Of a stretch of DNA of 64,000 nucleotides, positions 39,327 to 48,550 are shown one piece after another (position 1 is the first letter of the stretch; every line of letters begins with the position of its first letter). The position numbers were made by a program, and so were the translations under genes. The DNA comes from Candidatus Latescibacterota bacterium (GTDB lineage Bacteria > Latescibacterota > UBA2968 > UBA8231): positions 1,445,180-1,509,179 of the forward strand of contig CBDCSU010000005.1 of NCBI GenBank assembly GCA_965221775.1, given 5' to 3'. The notes beneath the pieces were generated by a model, which was not told the origin of the DNA, searched no databases, and worked only from the letters and a program-made list of their open reading frames with translations.

Positions 39327-40454
39327 TCACCCCTCCAGGATCTCCCGCACCCGGCGGGCGATCTCGGCCTCGTCGCCGTCCTGCACCGTGTACATGGAGA
39401 ACCCCACCGAGGCGCCCTCGCCGTGGGCCCAGATCGAGGGGTTGCCCTGCTCCAGGAGATCGGCCAGGCCGGCGCCGTCGACCGGGGCTTCCGCGCCCAG
39501 GGTCAGACCCAGGCTGGTGACGCTGTCGCCGGCGGCCGGCGCCAGGCTCACGCCCGGCAGGCCGGCGAGCCGGTCGCGCAGGGCCCGCCCGCGGCGGCTG
39601 GCCGCCTCGTCCCGCGCCGTCTGGGTCTCCTCGCGCAGCCACTCCCTCAGGGCGGTGACCACACCGACCACCTCCTGGCGGTCGATCTTCAGGGGGCGGC
39701 CGTACCCGGAGAAGCCGCGGCGCTCGAAGGCGGCGAAGGCGTGGGCCCGGGCCGCCTCCACGAGGTCCCGGCGGCCGCACAGGAGCCCCGAGGAGTTGGG
39801 CGCGCCGAAGTACTTGGCGCCGAAGCCGACGAGGTCGGCGCCGCAGGTGGCGAAGTGGCGGAACACGTCGAGGGGCTGCACGCGCCAGGCGGCGTCGCCG
39901 ATCACCGGCACACCGGCGTTGCCGGCGATCTCCAGGACCTCCTCCAGGGACAGGAATCCCTCGGGCTCGGCGACGCAGGGGTAGAGCACGGCCGCGGTGC
40001 CGCTGCCCAGGGAAGCGGCGAAGTCGTCGCGGGTGCACGACTCGGCGGTGCCGGACTCGACGAGGCGCGCGCCGGTCATGCGCACGACGCGGTCGTACTT
40101 GTAGCGCTGCGGCGCCTGGATGACGACCTCGCCCTTCAGGCCCGAGGTGTCGGGGAGGCGCTCCATGAGCTCCGGCTCGTCGCCGGTGATGCAGGCCGCC
40201 GTGCCGAGGACCAGGGCGGCGGCGCAGCCGGGGGTCACCAGGGCCGCCTCGCAGCCGAGGAGGCCGGAGACGACGCCGCCGCTGCCGGCCAGGAGCTGGT
40301 CCATGTCGACATAGTAGCGGCTCGACAGCTCCATGGCGGCGGCCACCGTCGGCGAGGGCGCCGAGCCCCCGAGCATGGTGAGGTTGCCCTTGGCGTTGAT
40401 CACGGGTACGGCGCCCAGGTCGGCGTACAGCTCTCGGGACTGCGTCGGGTCCAC
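39327..40454 (-). CDS. SelA-like PLP enzyme (DgaE / D-glucosaminate-6-phosphate ammonia-lyase family)
   Basis: PVINAKGNLTMLGGS, GCAAAL, DAA, FGAKYFGAPNSSG, GRPLKIDRQE. Confidence 0.75.
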   Translation of the reverse strand: MDPTQSRELYADLGAVPVINAKGNLTMLGGSAPSPTVAAAMELSSRYYVDMDQLLAGSGGVVSGLLGCEAALVTPGCAAALVLGTAACITGDEPELMERLPDTSGLKGEVVIQAPQRYKYDRVVRMTGARLVESGTAESCTRDDFAASLGSGTAAVLYPCVAEPEGFLSLEEVLEIAGNAGVPVIGDAAWRVQPLDVFRHFATCGADLVGFGAKYFGAPNSSGLLCGRRDLVEAARAHAFAAFERRGFSGYGRPLKIDRQEVVGVVTALREWLREETQTARDEAASRRGRALRDRLAGLPGVSLAPAAGDSVTSLGLTLGAEAPVDGAGLADLLEQGNPSIWAHGEGASVGFSMYTVQDGDEAEIARRVREILEG

Positions 40455-40465
40455 GGGTCTCTCCT

Positions 40466-42835
40466 TCAGGGGTGCGGCCGGGGCGGGCCCAGCTCGTCGA
40501 GAACGGGTTCCGGCGGCATCAGCAGGGGCCGGCCGTTGTGGTCCAGCCTCAGACGCAGCCAGTCGATCCAGAAAGGGGCCTCGGAAGAGCCCCGGGCGCC
40601 CCGCATCAGGTCCGTGAGGACCGGCAGGGAAAACGGACCCGCCGGCGGCCGCTCCACCACGCGCAACCGCCCCGCGTCGAGGCCGGCCCGCTCGCCGGCG
40701 GCGGCCAGGGCCGTCTCCAGGCCGCCCAGGGTGTCCACCAGGCCGGCCTGCAGGGCGCCGGGTCCGGACCACACGCGACCGCGGGCGACGGCTTCGATCT
40801 CTTCCGGCGTGCGGCCGCGGGCCTCGGCGACGCGGTCGACGAAGCCGTCGTAGAGCGTCTCCAGGGCGGTCCCGAAGAGAGCCGCCTCCTCCTCGTCGAA
40901 GGGGCGGTCGGGCAGGGTCCCGCCGAGCAGGGGCAGGGGCATCCCCAGGCCGAGGTCGGCGTGCTCGCCGGCCTGCACGTAGTCGATGGTCAGCCCCAGC
41001 CGCTCGCGGAAGCCCTGGTTGTAGAGCCAGCTCGCCCAGACGCCGATGTTGCCGGTGACCGTCTCCGGAGTGGCGGTGATGGCGTCGGCCTCCATCGACA
41101 CCCAGTAGCCGCCGGAGGTCGCCCAGCGCCCCTGGGAGACGACGAGGGGCTTCTCGGCGCGGACCTGGCGGATCGCCTCGGCCACCAGGTCCGAGGCCAG
41201 CGGGTCCCCCCCCGGGGAGTCGATGCGCAGGACCACGGCGCCGATCCGCCCCTGGCCGGCCAGGTCGCGCAGCTCCCGGGAGAGCCGGCGGGCGCGGATC
41301 CCGGTGTCCATGGCGCAGACGCCGAGGGCGTACACGAGGGCCACCGTGGGCGGCGCCCCCCACGCCTCGTCCACCGGCGGCGGCGGCAGCTCGTCCAGGG
41401 ACGGGCCCTCCTCGGCGTCCCAGCGTCCCACCGAGTCCACGAGCCCGCGGGCCAGGGCCGCCCCGGGCGTGAGCAGGGCGACCTCGTCCAACAGTTCGTC
41501 GAAGGCCTCCGGCGTCAGGCCGCGGGCCTCGCTGATGTCGGCCCGGGCGCGCTCGTAGGCGCCGTCCACGAGGGCCTGCATCTGCTCGCGCTCCGGCTCG
41601 GACATGTCGGTGCGGGTGAAGAGCTCGGGGCCGGTCTTGTACTCGTGATAGTGCCAGGTCTGGCTGCCGATGCCGAGCTTGTCGAGGGCGCCGCGCAGGT
41701 AGAGCCGGCCGGCGGCGAACCCCTGCAAGGCGATCCCCCCCAGCGGGTCGAGGACGACGCGGTCCGCCGCCGAGGCGAGGTGATAGCCGCGCAGGTCGGC
41801 GCGGTCCACGTGCGCGACGACGCGCTTGCCCGCCTGGCGGATGCGCTGCAGGCGCCGGCGCAGCTCCCAGGACATGGCCGGGTCCAGCCGCACCTCCGAG
41901 AGATTGACGGCGACGCCGGCCAGGGCGGGATCGCGCTCCACCCGGCGCAGGGCGAGGAGCAGGTCGAGGTGGGAGCGGCCGTCGTCGAAGAGGGGGGCGA
42001 CGCGGTGCTTCACCGGGCCGCGCAGGTCGAGGCGGGCCATGCGCGGCCGGCGCCGGTGCAGGGGCGCGAGCACGGTCCCGCGGTTGGGCCCGAGGCGAAC
42101 CAGGAAGAGGTTGCGCGAGCGTTCCCCGTCGCGCCGGGACCGCGTCCACAGCCCCAGTCCGCCCAGCTCGAGGCGCAGGCCGGCGGTGACCGCCCCGTCC
42201 TCGTGGTACCGCGCCGACAGGTGCATCCCCTCCCACAGGCGCACCTGGCCCCCGGCGTTCCAGCTCTCTTCCCCGGCGTCGGCGCGGACGGCCTCGCCGT
42301 ACACGGTCAGCCGCCGTGAGCCCAGGGGGCGCAGGCCCACGTGGCCGGCCCACTCGCCGGCGTCTCCGTCGACGGTGGCCGTCCACGTGGCGCCCAGGGA
42401 AAGCGCGGTTGACGGCTGCCACACGGCGCCGGCGACCCACACGGGCCGGCGGCCGTCCTCGCTCGACCAGCCCCAGGCGAGGCCGGCCGAGGCGCCGCGG
42501 TCGCCGGCGCCGAAGCCGAGCCGGTAGTCCCGGTGTTCCTCGCCGCCCTCGGTGCGGCGCAGGAACCCGAAACCGAGATGAGGGAGGGCGGTGAACATCC
42601 CCCACTCGGCGGCGCCGTCCCCGCCGTCGCCGGAGGACCAGGCCGCGGCCGACTCCGCCGCTTCGAGGCGGGCGAGGACGGCGGGATTCAGGTAGCCCAG
42701 CATCCCCGCCGGCGCCACGCCCGGCGGCGCCGGGGCCAGCTCGCTGCGCGCGGCGTAGGGGGTGAGCTGGCCGGCGGCGGGGGCTGCGGCGAGCAGTAGC
42801 AGCAGGGACCAGGCCAGGCGGGTCGGGCGCCTCAC
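40466..42835 (-). CDS. sppA: Signal peptide peptidase SppA (S49) with long N-terminal beta-rich extension
   Basis: Signal peptide; YHLASAAD, YKTGPE, LRIDSPGG, ATSGGYW, TVTGNIGV, ARGRVWSG, GLVDTLGG. Confidence 0.85.
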   Translation of the reverse strand: MRRPTRLAWSLLLLLAAAPAAGQLTPYAARSELAPAPPGVAPAGMLGYLNPAVLARLEAAESAAAWSSGDGGDGAAEWGMFTALPHLGFGFLRRTEGGEEHRDYRLGFGAGDRGASAGLAWGWSSEDGRRPVWVAGAVWQPSTALSLGATWTATVDGDAGEWAGHVGLRPLGSRRLTVYGEAVRADAGEESWNAGGQVRLWEGMHLSARYHEDGAVTAGLRLELGGLGLWTRSRRDGERSRNLFLVRLGPNRGTVLAPLHRRRPRMARLDLRGPVKHRVAPLFDDGRSHLDLLLALRRVERDPALAGVAVNLSEVRLDPAMSWELRRRLQRIRQAGKRVVAHVDRADLRGYHLASAADRVVLDPLGGIALQGFAAGRLYLRGALDKLGIGSQTWHYHEYKTGPELFTRTDMSEPEREQMQALVDGAYERARADISEARGLTPEAFDELLDEVALLTPGAALARGLVDSVGRWDAEEGPSLDELPPPPVDEAWGAPPTVALVYALGVCAMDTGIRARRLSRELRDLAGQGRIGAVVLRIDSPGGDPLASDLVAEAIRQVRAEKPLVVSQGRWATSGGYWVSMEADAITATPETVTGNIGVWASWLYNQGFRERLGLTIDYVQAGEHADLGLGMPLPLLGGTLPDRPFDEEEAALFGTALETLYDGFVDRVAEARGRTPEEIEAVARGRVWSGPGALQAGLVDTLGGLETALAAAGERAGLDAGRLRVVERPPAGPFSLPVLTDLMRGARGSSEAPFWIDWLRLRLDHNGRPLLMPPEPVLDELGPPRPHP

Positions 42836-43455
42836 GCAGACTCCTGGAACTGGCTCAGGTCGCCCGATCCCCGGCGCAGGACCACGGCCTCGTCGCCGAC
42901 GAGGGAGACGACGCTGGAGGGCAGCACCGGCAGCTGGCCGCACTCGAGGATCAGGTCCACGTCGTGGCCCAGCTCCTCCTCCAGCTGCAGGGGATCGGTG
43001 ATCGCCTCCTGCTCGGAGCGGTTGGCGCTGGTGCTCAGGATCGGCTGCCCCAGTTCCTTCACCAGGGCGGCCGTCACCGGGTGGTCGGGGATGCGGATGC
43101 CCACCGTCTTCTGGCGGCTGCGCAGCAGGCGGGGGGTCTCCTTGGTGGCCGGCAGCACGAAGGTGTAGGGCCCGGGCAGCAGTCGCCGCAGGGTCCGGTA
43201 GGCGTAGTTGGAGACGCGCGCGTAGCGGGCGATGTCGTTGAGATCGGCGCAGACGAAGGACATCGGCTTGCGGGCGTCGCGGCCCTTGATGCGCCGGATG
43301 CGCTCCATGGCGCTCTTGTGGGTGATGTCGCAGCCGAGGCCGTAGATCGTGTCGGTGGGGTAGATGATGACGCCGCCGCCGCTCAGGACTTCCACGGCGC
43401 GGCGCAGGTGCCGGCCCTTGAGGTGCTCGGGATCGATGGACAGCACGTCGGCCAC
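42832..43455 (-). CDS. Sua5/YciO/YrdC family (threonylcarbamoyl-AMP synthase-like) protein
   Basis: YPTDTIYGLGC, IKGR..KP, LPGPYTF, VGIRIP, STSAN. Confidence 0.9.
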   Translation of the reverse strand: MADVLSIDPEHLKGRHLRRAVEVLSGGGVIIYPTDTIYGLGCDITHKSAMERIRRIKGRDARKPMSFVCADLNDIARYARVSNYAYRTLRRLLPGPYTFVLPATKETPRLLRSRQKTVGIRIPDHPVTAALVKELGQPILSTSANRSEQEAITDPLQLEEELGHDVDLILECGQLPVLPSSVVSLVGDEAVVLRRGSGDLSQFQESA

Positions 43456-43577
43456 GGTCAGACTCCCCGGTTGGGCCCGGCGGGGAATGAGGACGCCGGG
43501 CGGGACCGGATGAATATAGCGGGTCCTCCGAGAGCGGGTCCTGCCCACAGGCCTGGGCGCGTCCGCTCAGAACGGGC

Positions 43578-43609
43578 AAAGGCCCCCCGGCGCGGTGCCG
43601 GAGGGCCTT
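43578..43609 (-). terminator. Probable intrinsic terminator
   Basis: Minus strand AAGGCCCTCCGG-CACCGCG-CCGGGGGGCCTT followed by T, just after the stop at 43623. Confidence 0.6.
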
Positions 43610-43622
43610 GGGGGGAGGAGGC

Positions 43623-45341
43623 CTACTTCAGCAGCGTCGTCCTGCGGCTGAGGATGCCGCCGGGGCTGACCAGGCGGTAGTGGTAGAGGCCGCTGGCCAG
43701 GTCGCCGCCGTCGAGCTGCACCGAGTAGCGGCCGGCCTCGCGGAAGCCCTGCACCAGGGTGGCCAACCTCTGGCCGGCGCTGTTGTAGAGGGTCAGGGTC
43801 ACCTCGCCGCCCACGGGCAGCGAGTAGCGGATCGTCGTTCCCGGGTTGAAGGGGTTGGGGCTGTTGTCGAGCTGGTAGGCCGCGGGCACCGAGGAGGAGA
43901 GGCTGCTCTCCTCGAACAGGATGCTGGTGTCTGGGCCGGTGAAGTCGCCTTGCACCACGATCCCGAGCTGGCTGATGAAGGTCCAGTCCGCGATCCACAA
44001 CTCCGAATCCCTCGGGGAGAAGGCCCCCAGGTAGTTGGTGGACGTGTAGAAGCCGCCGGACGGCGGGGCCAGGGCGCCCGAGGTCGCGGGGCTTCCGGAG
44101 ACGGGGCGCGGGTCGAGGCCGCCGTCGGTGGTGCGGCTGATGCCGCGCAGCTGCGGGGCCTCGATGCGGTTGCCGCCGTCCTGCAGGGCCGTCTGCACGA
44201 AGCCGTCGTCCTTCGGGTCGCCGCAGCCGTCGCCGGAGCAGTCGGCGACGCCGGCCAGATCGTCGCCGGCGCCGAAGCCCCACCAGATGTTGTTCCGCAG
44301 CTTGAGGGTGCCCTCCTCCAGCCGGTTGCGGCTGTCCTCGCCGTCGGGCAGGTCCTCCACGTCGACGCCGGCGCCGACGAAGTCGGTGAAGATGCTGTTG
44401 TAGTAGCTGCCGCCCCAGTTGTCGCGCAGCTTCAGGGCCTCGGGGTTGTCGGGGTTGGAGGCGCCCACGCCGGAGCCGATGAAGGTGGCGTTCCAGATCT
44501 GCGGGGTGGCGTAGGGCTGGCCGTCCTCGGGATCGGTGCCGCCGTCGTGCTCCCCGGCCCGGTCGCCGATCTCCTCGGCCTGCACGGCGAACCAGAACTG
44601 GTTGTCGCCGCGCCAGCCTTCATCGATGTCGAAGGAGTCGTCGCCGTTGAAGGCGCTCACCAGGTAGCGGCTGTCGACGGTCCCGCCGAACCACTCGAAG
44701 CCGTCGTCCTGGTTGTTGTAGACCTCCACGTACTCGACGACGGTGCCGCTGCCGACGGCGCCCATGGTCAGGCCGTTGATCTCGTTGCCGGCGCCGATGT
44801 CGGTGCCGCCGTAGCGGATCGAGACGTAGCGGAAGACGCCGGAGTCGTCGCTGTCGTCGGAGCCGCCGTAGGCGCCGCGCGGCTCCGTGGTGGGTATGCC
44901 CTCGATGGCGCCGACGCCGGTGGAGGTGTTGATCACCGCCTTGCCGAGGAGGATGACGCCGCCCCACAGGCCGCGGGTGTCGAGGGGCAGGTCGAAGGGA
45001 TCGGAGACATCGTCGGCCTCGGCGGTGAAGACGATGGGGTTCTCGCGGGTTCCCTCGGCGAAGATCCTGCCGCCCTGGGCCACGATCAGGGCGCTGGCGT
45101 TCTCGCCCTGGCCCGGCTTGCCGCGGACGACGGTGCCGGGCTCGATGGTCAGCGACGCGCCGTCCTCGACGAAGACGAAGCCGTTGAGCACGTAGGTGTT
45201 GTCCGGCGTCCACACGGCGTCCTGGCCGATCGCCTCGGTCACCTGCACGACGGTCTGGGCCGCCGCCGGGACGGCGAAGGCCGTCCACACGATCCCGGCC
45301 AGCACCGCCGGCCTCGGGATCCTGGTTCCTCTGCGTCTCAT
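43623..45341 (-). CDS. Secreted acidic, Gly/Asp-rich (probable beta-helix) protein with T9SS type A / FlgD-Ig-like C-terminal domain
   Basis: Signal peptide ..VPAAA/Q; LTIEPGT, WGGVILLG, NEINGLT, DDGFEWFGG, DDSFDID; C-terminus NSPNPFNPGTTIRYSLP..LASGLYHYRL. Confidence 0.8.
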   Translation of the reverse strand: MRRRGTRIPRPAVLAGIVWTAFAVPAAAQTVVQVTEAIGQDAVWTPDNTYVLNGFVFVEDGASLTIEPGTVVRGKPGQGENASALIVAQGGRIFAEGTRENPIVFTAEADDVSDPFDLPLDTRGLWGGVILLGKAVINTSTGVGAIEGIPTTEPRGAYGGSDDSDDSGVFRYVSIRYGGTDIGAGNEINGLTMGAVGSGTVVEYVEVYNNQDDGFEWFGGTVDSRYLVSAFNGDDSFDIDEGWRGDNQFWFAVQAEEIGDRAGEHDGGTDPEDGQPYATPQIWNATFIGSGVGASNPDNPEALKLRDNWGGSYYNSIFTDFVGAGVDVEDLPDGEDSRNRLEEGTLKLRNNIWWGFGAGDDLAGVADCSGDGCGDPKDDGFVQTALQDGGNRIEAPQLRGISRTTDGGLDPRPVSGSPATSGALAPPSGGFYTSTNYLGAFSPRDSELWIADWTFISQLGIVVQGDFTGPDTSILFEESSLSSSVPAAYQLDNSPNPFNPGTTIRYSLPVGGEVTLTLYNSAGQRLATLVQGFREAGRYSVQLDGGDLASGLYHYRLVSPGGILSRRTTLLK

Positions 45342-45470
45342 CTTTCCTCCTCGTTGCGCTGGAATGGGCGGAATTGCCGAACGCCGGAAAAGGTGGGGGA
45401 CGCCGTTGGCGGACCGGTGGCGATTCGGTGAACCCCGCGTCACGAAGCAGAGGATTCGATGTAACAGGAA

Positions 45471-45499
45471 GGGACCGCCCGCGGCTGGCGGACGGTCCC
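45471..45499 (-). terminator. Intergenic stem-loop after the TonB receptor gene
   Basis: GGGACCG...CGGTCCC inverted repeat, followed on the minus strand by TTCCTGTT. Confidence 0.45.
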
Positions 45500-45524
45500 C
45501 GAAGTCGGTGCGGCGTCGGCGAGG

Positions 45525-48386
45525 TCAGTCGCCGAGCTTGTACGACACGCTGACCGAGAAGGAGCGGCCCTTGCGGTACTTGTGGGCGATGTACTGCCGT
45601 CCCTTGAAGGGATAGGCGAAGTGGTGATCCGAGTCGAGCAGGTTCCTGGCCGCCAGCTTCACGGTGTACAACCCGTTGATGCGCTTCGACAGGGTGAAGT
45701 CCAGGCTGGACCGGGGCTCCTCGAAGACGTTGGGCGTGCCTCCGAGGCTGACCTCCGAGAGACGCCGCCCGAAGATGTTGTAGTACAGGCCCGCCGCCGT
45801 GCCGGTCTCGAGATTGTCGTAGATGACGTCGAGGTTGACCACGAAGGGCGACTGGCCCTGGAGGGAGCGGCTGGTCTCCGCATCGGGGTCGAAGCCCCGG
45901 ATGATGGCGATCTCGCTCTCGGGGATGTCGACCTTCGAATGGATCAGGGACAGGTTGCCGCCGGCGAAGAAGTCGCCCCACCTCTCCCCCAGAAGACCCA
46001 GGTTCTCGCGCGCCTCGAACTCGACGCCGGCCACGGCGGCCTCGTCCACGTTCTGGTACTGGATCTCGCCGTTGGTGGTCAGGATGGCCCGCTCGATGGG
46101 GTTCCGGAAGAGCTTGTAGAAGCCGCTGAGGGCGTAGATCTCGCCGGGGTTGGGGAACCACTCCCAGCGCAGGTCGAAGTTGTCGATGAGGGTGCGCTTC
46201 AGCTCGTCGTTGCCGGTGAGGATGAAGTCCCCCACGAAGGCGAAGGAGGAGAACGGCGCCAGCTCGCGGAAGGTCGGCCGCGCCAGGGTGCGGCCGTAGG
46301 CGAGGCGCACATTCGCCTCGCCCACCTGGTAGACCAGATTGACCGAGGGCAGCAGGTCGTTGGTCTCCAGCTCGCCGGCGGGCAGCTCCGGGTTGGCGCT
46401 GGCCACGTCGATGCGGGTGGCCTCGAAGCGCGCCCCGGTGATGAGCCGCAACCGGCGGTTCAGGGGCAGCTCGACCATGCCGTAGCCGGCGGCGATCCGC
46501 TGGTCGCCGTCGTAGGTGTTCGACGGCAGGGTGGCGTCGACGATGTAGTTGCCGAAGCGCGGCAGGGCGCCGGTGGTGTCGATGATGCCCACGTTGGCGT
46601 CGGTGAAGAACCCGTTCACGTCGCCGCCGAAGCGGTGCGAGCTGGGCCGCTGGTAGCGGAACCGGGTCTCGTTGAAGCCGCGGCTCTTATCCTGGGCGAA
46701 AGCCCCCGCCTTGATCTCCCCCGTCCGTCCGTGCCACGGCCGGAAGGGCAGACTCAGCCTCAGACCGGCCTCGCGGCTGGTCTCGTCGAGGTCGCGGAAG
46801 TAGCGCGTCGGGTCGGGATAGCTCGAGGGCTTGATCGAGTAGAGGGTGTCGCCGTCGCGGATGGTGTAGTTGTCGCTGAAGTAGCGCAGGTCGGGCTCCT
46901 CCTGGGTGGAGGAGGAGGTCGAGCCCGACCACTCCAGGCGAATCCCCCGCAGGGGCTGGAGATGGTGCTTGCCCGAGACCTGGAAGGAGCGGATCTCGCG
47001 CTCGGTGAAGTGGAGCACGCGGGTCTCGTAGAAGTCGTCCTCGTCGAGGGTCTCGTCGAACTTGCCCACCAGGTACCGCGCCACGTCCTCGCCGCTGCGG
47101 TTGTAGATGAAGGTGGAGCCGATCTCGTGGGCGGCGTGGGGACGCCAGGCGGCGCTCGCCATGCCGCCCCACAGGGCCTCCTCGGAACTCCTGGCGTCGA
47201 CCAGGTTCAGCTGGTCCACCAGGGTCTCGGACTGGTCGAGGCGGCCCGGGAGCTGCCAGCGGGCGCGGGTGCCGCCGTCGTAGTGGGCGTGCTTGCGGCT
47301 CGACGTCAGGCTGGCGATGAAGCCGAAGGGCCGGCCGTTGAGACGGTACTGATCCCCGAAGGCCAGGGAGGTGCTGTAGTTGAGGGGGGCCGTCCCGCGG
47401 GTGGGGCCCATGACGTTGGTGAAGGCCTTGGAGATCCGGTCGAGGGACTCGGCCCGGGAACGATCCCCGAAGGTGGCGGCGTAGTCGGGGATGTCGCCGG
47501 AAGCCTCGGCGGGGATGGCGCGGCTGCCGTCGTCGATGCCGAGCCAGTCGGTGCCGCCGCCTTCGTAGGTGAGGACCTCCTCGAAGGTCGTGTTGGTGTT
47601 CCAGGAGGTCGAGGTGGAGAAGGAGAAGTGGAAGTCGTCGGGCATGCTCCGCGTGCCGATGTCGACGGCGCCGCCGGTGAAGTTGCCCGGCTTGTCCGGG
47701 GTGAAGCTCTTCACGGTGACGATGTTGTCGAGCATGCTCGAGGGGAACATGTCCATGGCCACGGCGCGGCGGTTGGGGTCGGCGCTCGGCAGCTCGGCGC
47801 CGTTCAGCTGCACCGTGCTGTAGCGGTCGCCGAGGCCGCGGATGGTGACGTACCTGCCGTCCTGCACGGTGGCGCCGGTGACCCGGGTCATGGCCTCGGC
47901 GGCATCGCCGGAGCCGGCCCGGGAGATGTCCTCGGCGCTGATGGCGTCGCTCACGGCCGGGGCCCTCTGCCGCTCCTTGAGCAGCGCCGCCTCGGTGTTG
48001 CGCAGGGCCCGGGCCTCGACGACCACCGCCTCCACCTCGATCGCCTCCGACTTCAGGGTGAAGTCGAGGTCGACGACACCGTCGGCCTCGACGACGACCT
48101 CGGTGATCGTCGTCCGGTTGTAGCCGATCATCGAGCTCTCGATGGTGTAGGTGCCGGCGGGGACGCCGGCGATCCGGTAGTCGCCCTCCAGGTCGGTGGC
48201 CGCCCCCAGATCGGTGCGCGTGCCGTCGGCGTTCTTGAGGATGACGAAGGCGCCGATGAGGGGGTCGCCGGTCTCGCCGTCGACGATGGTGCCGGCGATG
48301 CGACCGCTCTCCTGGGCCGTGGCGGCGGTGCAGAGCGCGAGAACCGTGGCGGCCGCAAGCCCTGCCGGCCAGGAGGCCCGAGTCAA
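45525..48386 (-). CDS. TonB-dependent receptor with N-terminal carboxypeptidase-regulatory-like domain
   Basis: IAGTIVDGETGDPLIGA, plug IRGLGDRY..LNG, KSFTPD, ARPTFRELAPF, NFDLRWEWF, ARNLLD, C-terminal SVSVSYKL. Confidence 0.92.
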   Translation of the reverse strand: MTRASWPAGLAAATVLALCTAATAQESGRIAGTIVDGETGDPLIGAFVILKNADGTRTDLGAATDLEGDYRIAGVPAGTYTIESSMIGYNRTTITEVVVEADGVVDLDFTLKSEAIEVEAVVVEARALRNTEAALLKERQRAPAVSDAISAEDISRAGSGDAAEAMTRVTGATVQDGRYVTIRGLGDRYSTVQLNGAELPSADPNRRAVAMDMFPSSMLDNIVTVKSFTPDKPGNFTGGAVDIGTRSMPDDFHFSFSTSTSWNTNTTFEEVLTYEGGGTDWLGIDDGSRAIPAEASGDIPDYAATFGDRSRAESLDRISKAFTNVMGPTRGTAPLNYSTSLAFGDQYRLNGRPFGFIASLTSSRKHAHYDGGTRARWQLPGRLDQSETLVDQLNLVDARSSEEALWGGMASAAWRPHAAHEIGSTFIYNRSGEDVARYLVGKFDETLDEDDFYETRVLHFTEREIRSFQVSGKHHLQPLRGIRLEWSGSTSSSTQEEPDLRYFSDNYTIRDGDTLYSIKPSSYPDPTRYFRDLDETSREAGLRLSLPFRPWHGRTGEIKAGAFAQDKSRGFNETRFRYQRPSSHRFGGDVNGFFTDANVGIIDTTGALPRFGNYIVDATLPSNTYDGDQRIAAGYGMVELPLNRRLRLITGARFEATRIDVASANPELPAGELETNDLLPSVNLVYQVGEANVRLAYGRTLARPTFRELAPFSSFAFVGDFILTGNDELKRTLIDNFDLRWEWFPNPGEIYALSGFYKLFRNPIERAILTTNGEIQYQNVDEAAVAGVEFEARENLGLLGERWGDFFAGGNLSLIHSKVDIPESEIAIIRGFDPDAETSRSLQGQSPFVVNLDVIYDNLETGTAAGLYYNIFGRRLSEVSLGGTPNVFEEPRSSLDFTLSKRINGLYTVKLAARNLLDSDHHFAYPFKGRQYIAHKYRKGRSFSVSVSYKLGD

Positions 48387-48550
48387 TGCCGTCTCCTCGT
48401 GCGGGTGGGTAGGGGCGGACCCGTGCCCTCGGACCGGGTCCGCGGATCGGATGCACGATTCTACAACAGGGGTGTTGAGGACCGGTTACGGCGCAGCGAC
48501 GATTGTGCGCACCCGGTGGGCCGCCGCCACCGGGGCCTGACCTGCCGGCT

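Noticed and set aside
39327-40454. Selenocysteine synthase SelA / selenoprotein system
   Set aside because: Shorter than true SelA and with DgaE-like motifs; no selB, selC or selD and no in-frame TGA recoding evident.
39327-42605. Long ORF-track N-terminal extensions (also 20031..22589, 22495..24618, 51451..54507, 54680..55993) and long antisense ORFs
   Set aside because: Artefacts of stop-codon scarcity at high GC; they overlap well-supported genes in other frames.
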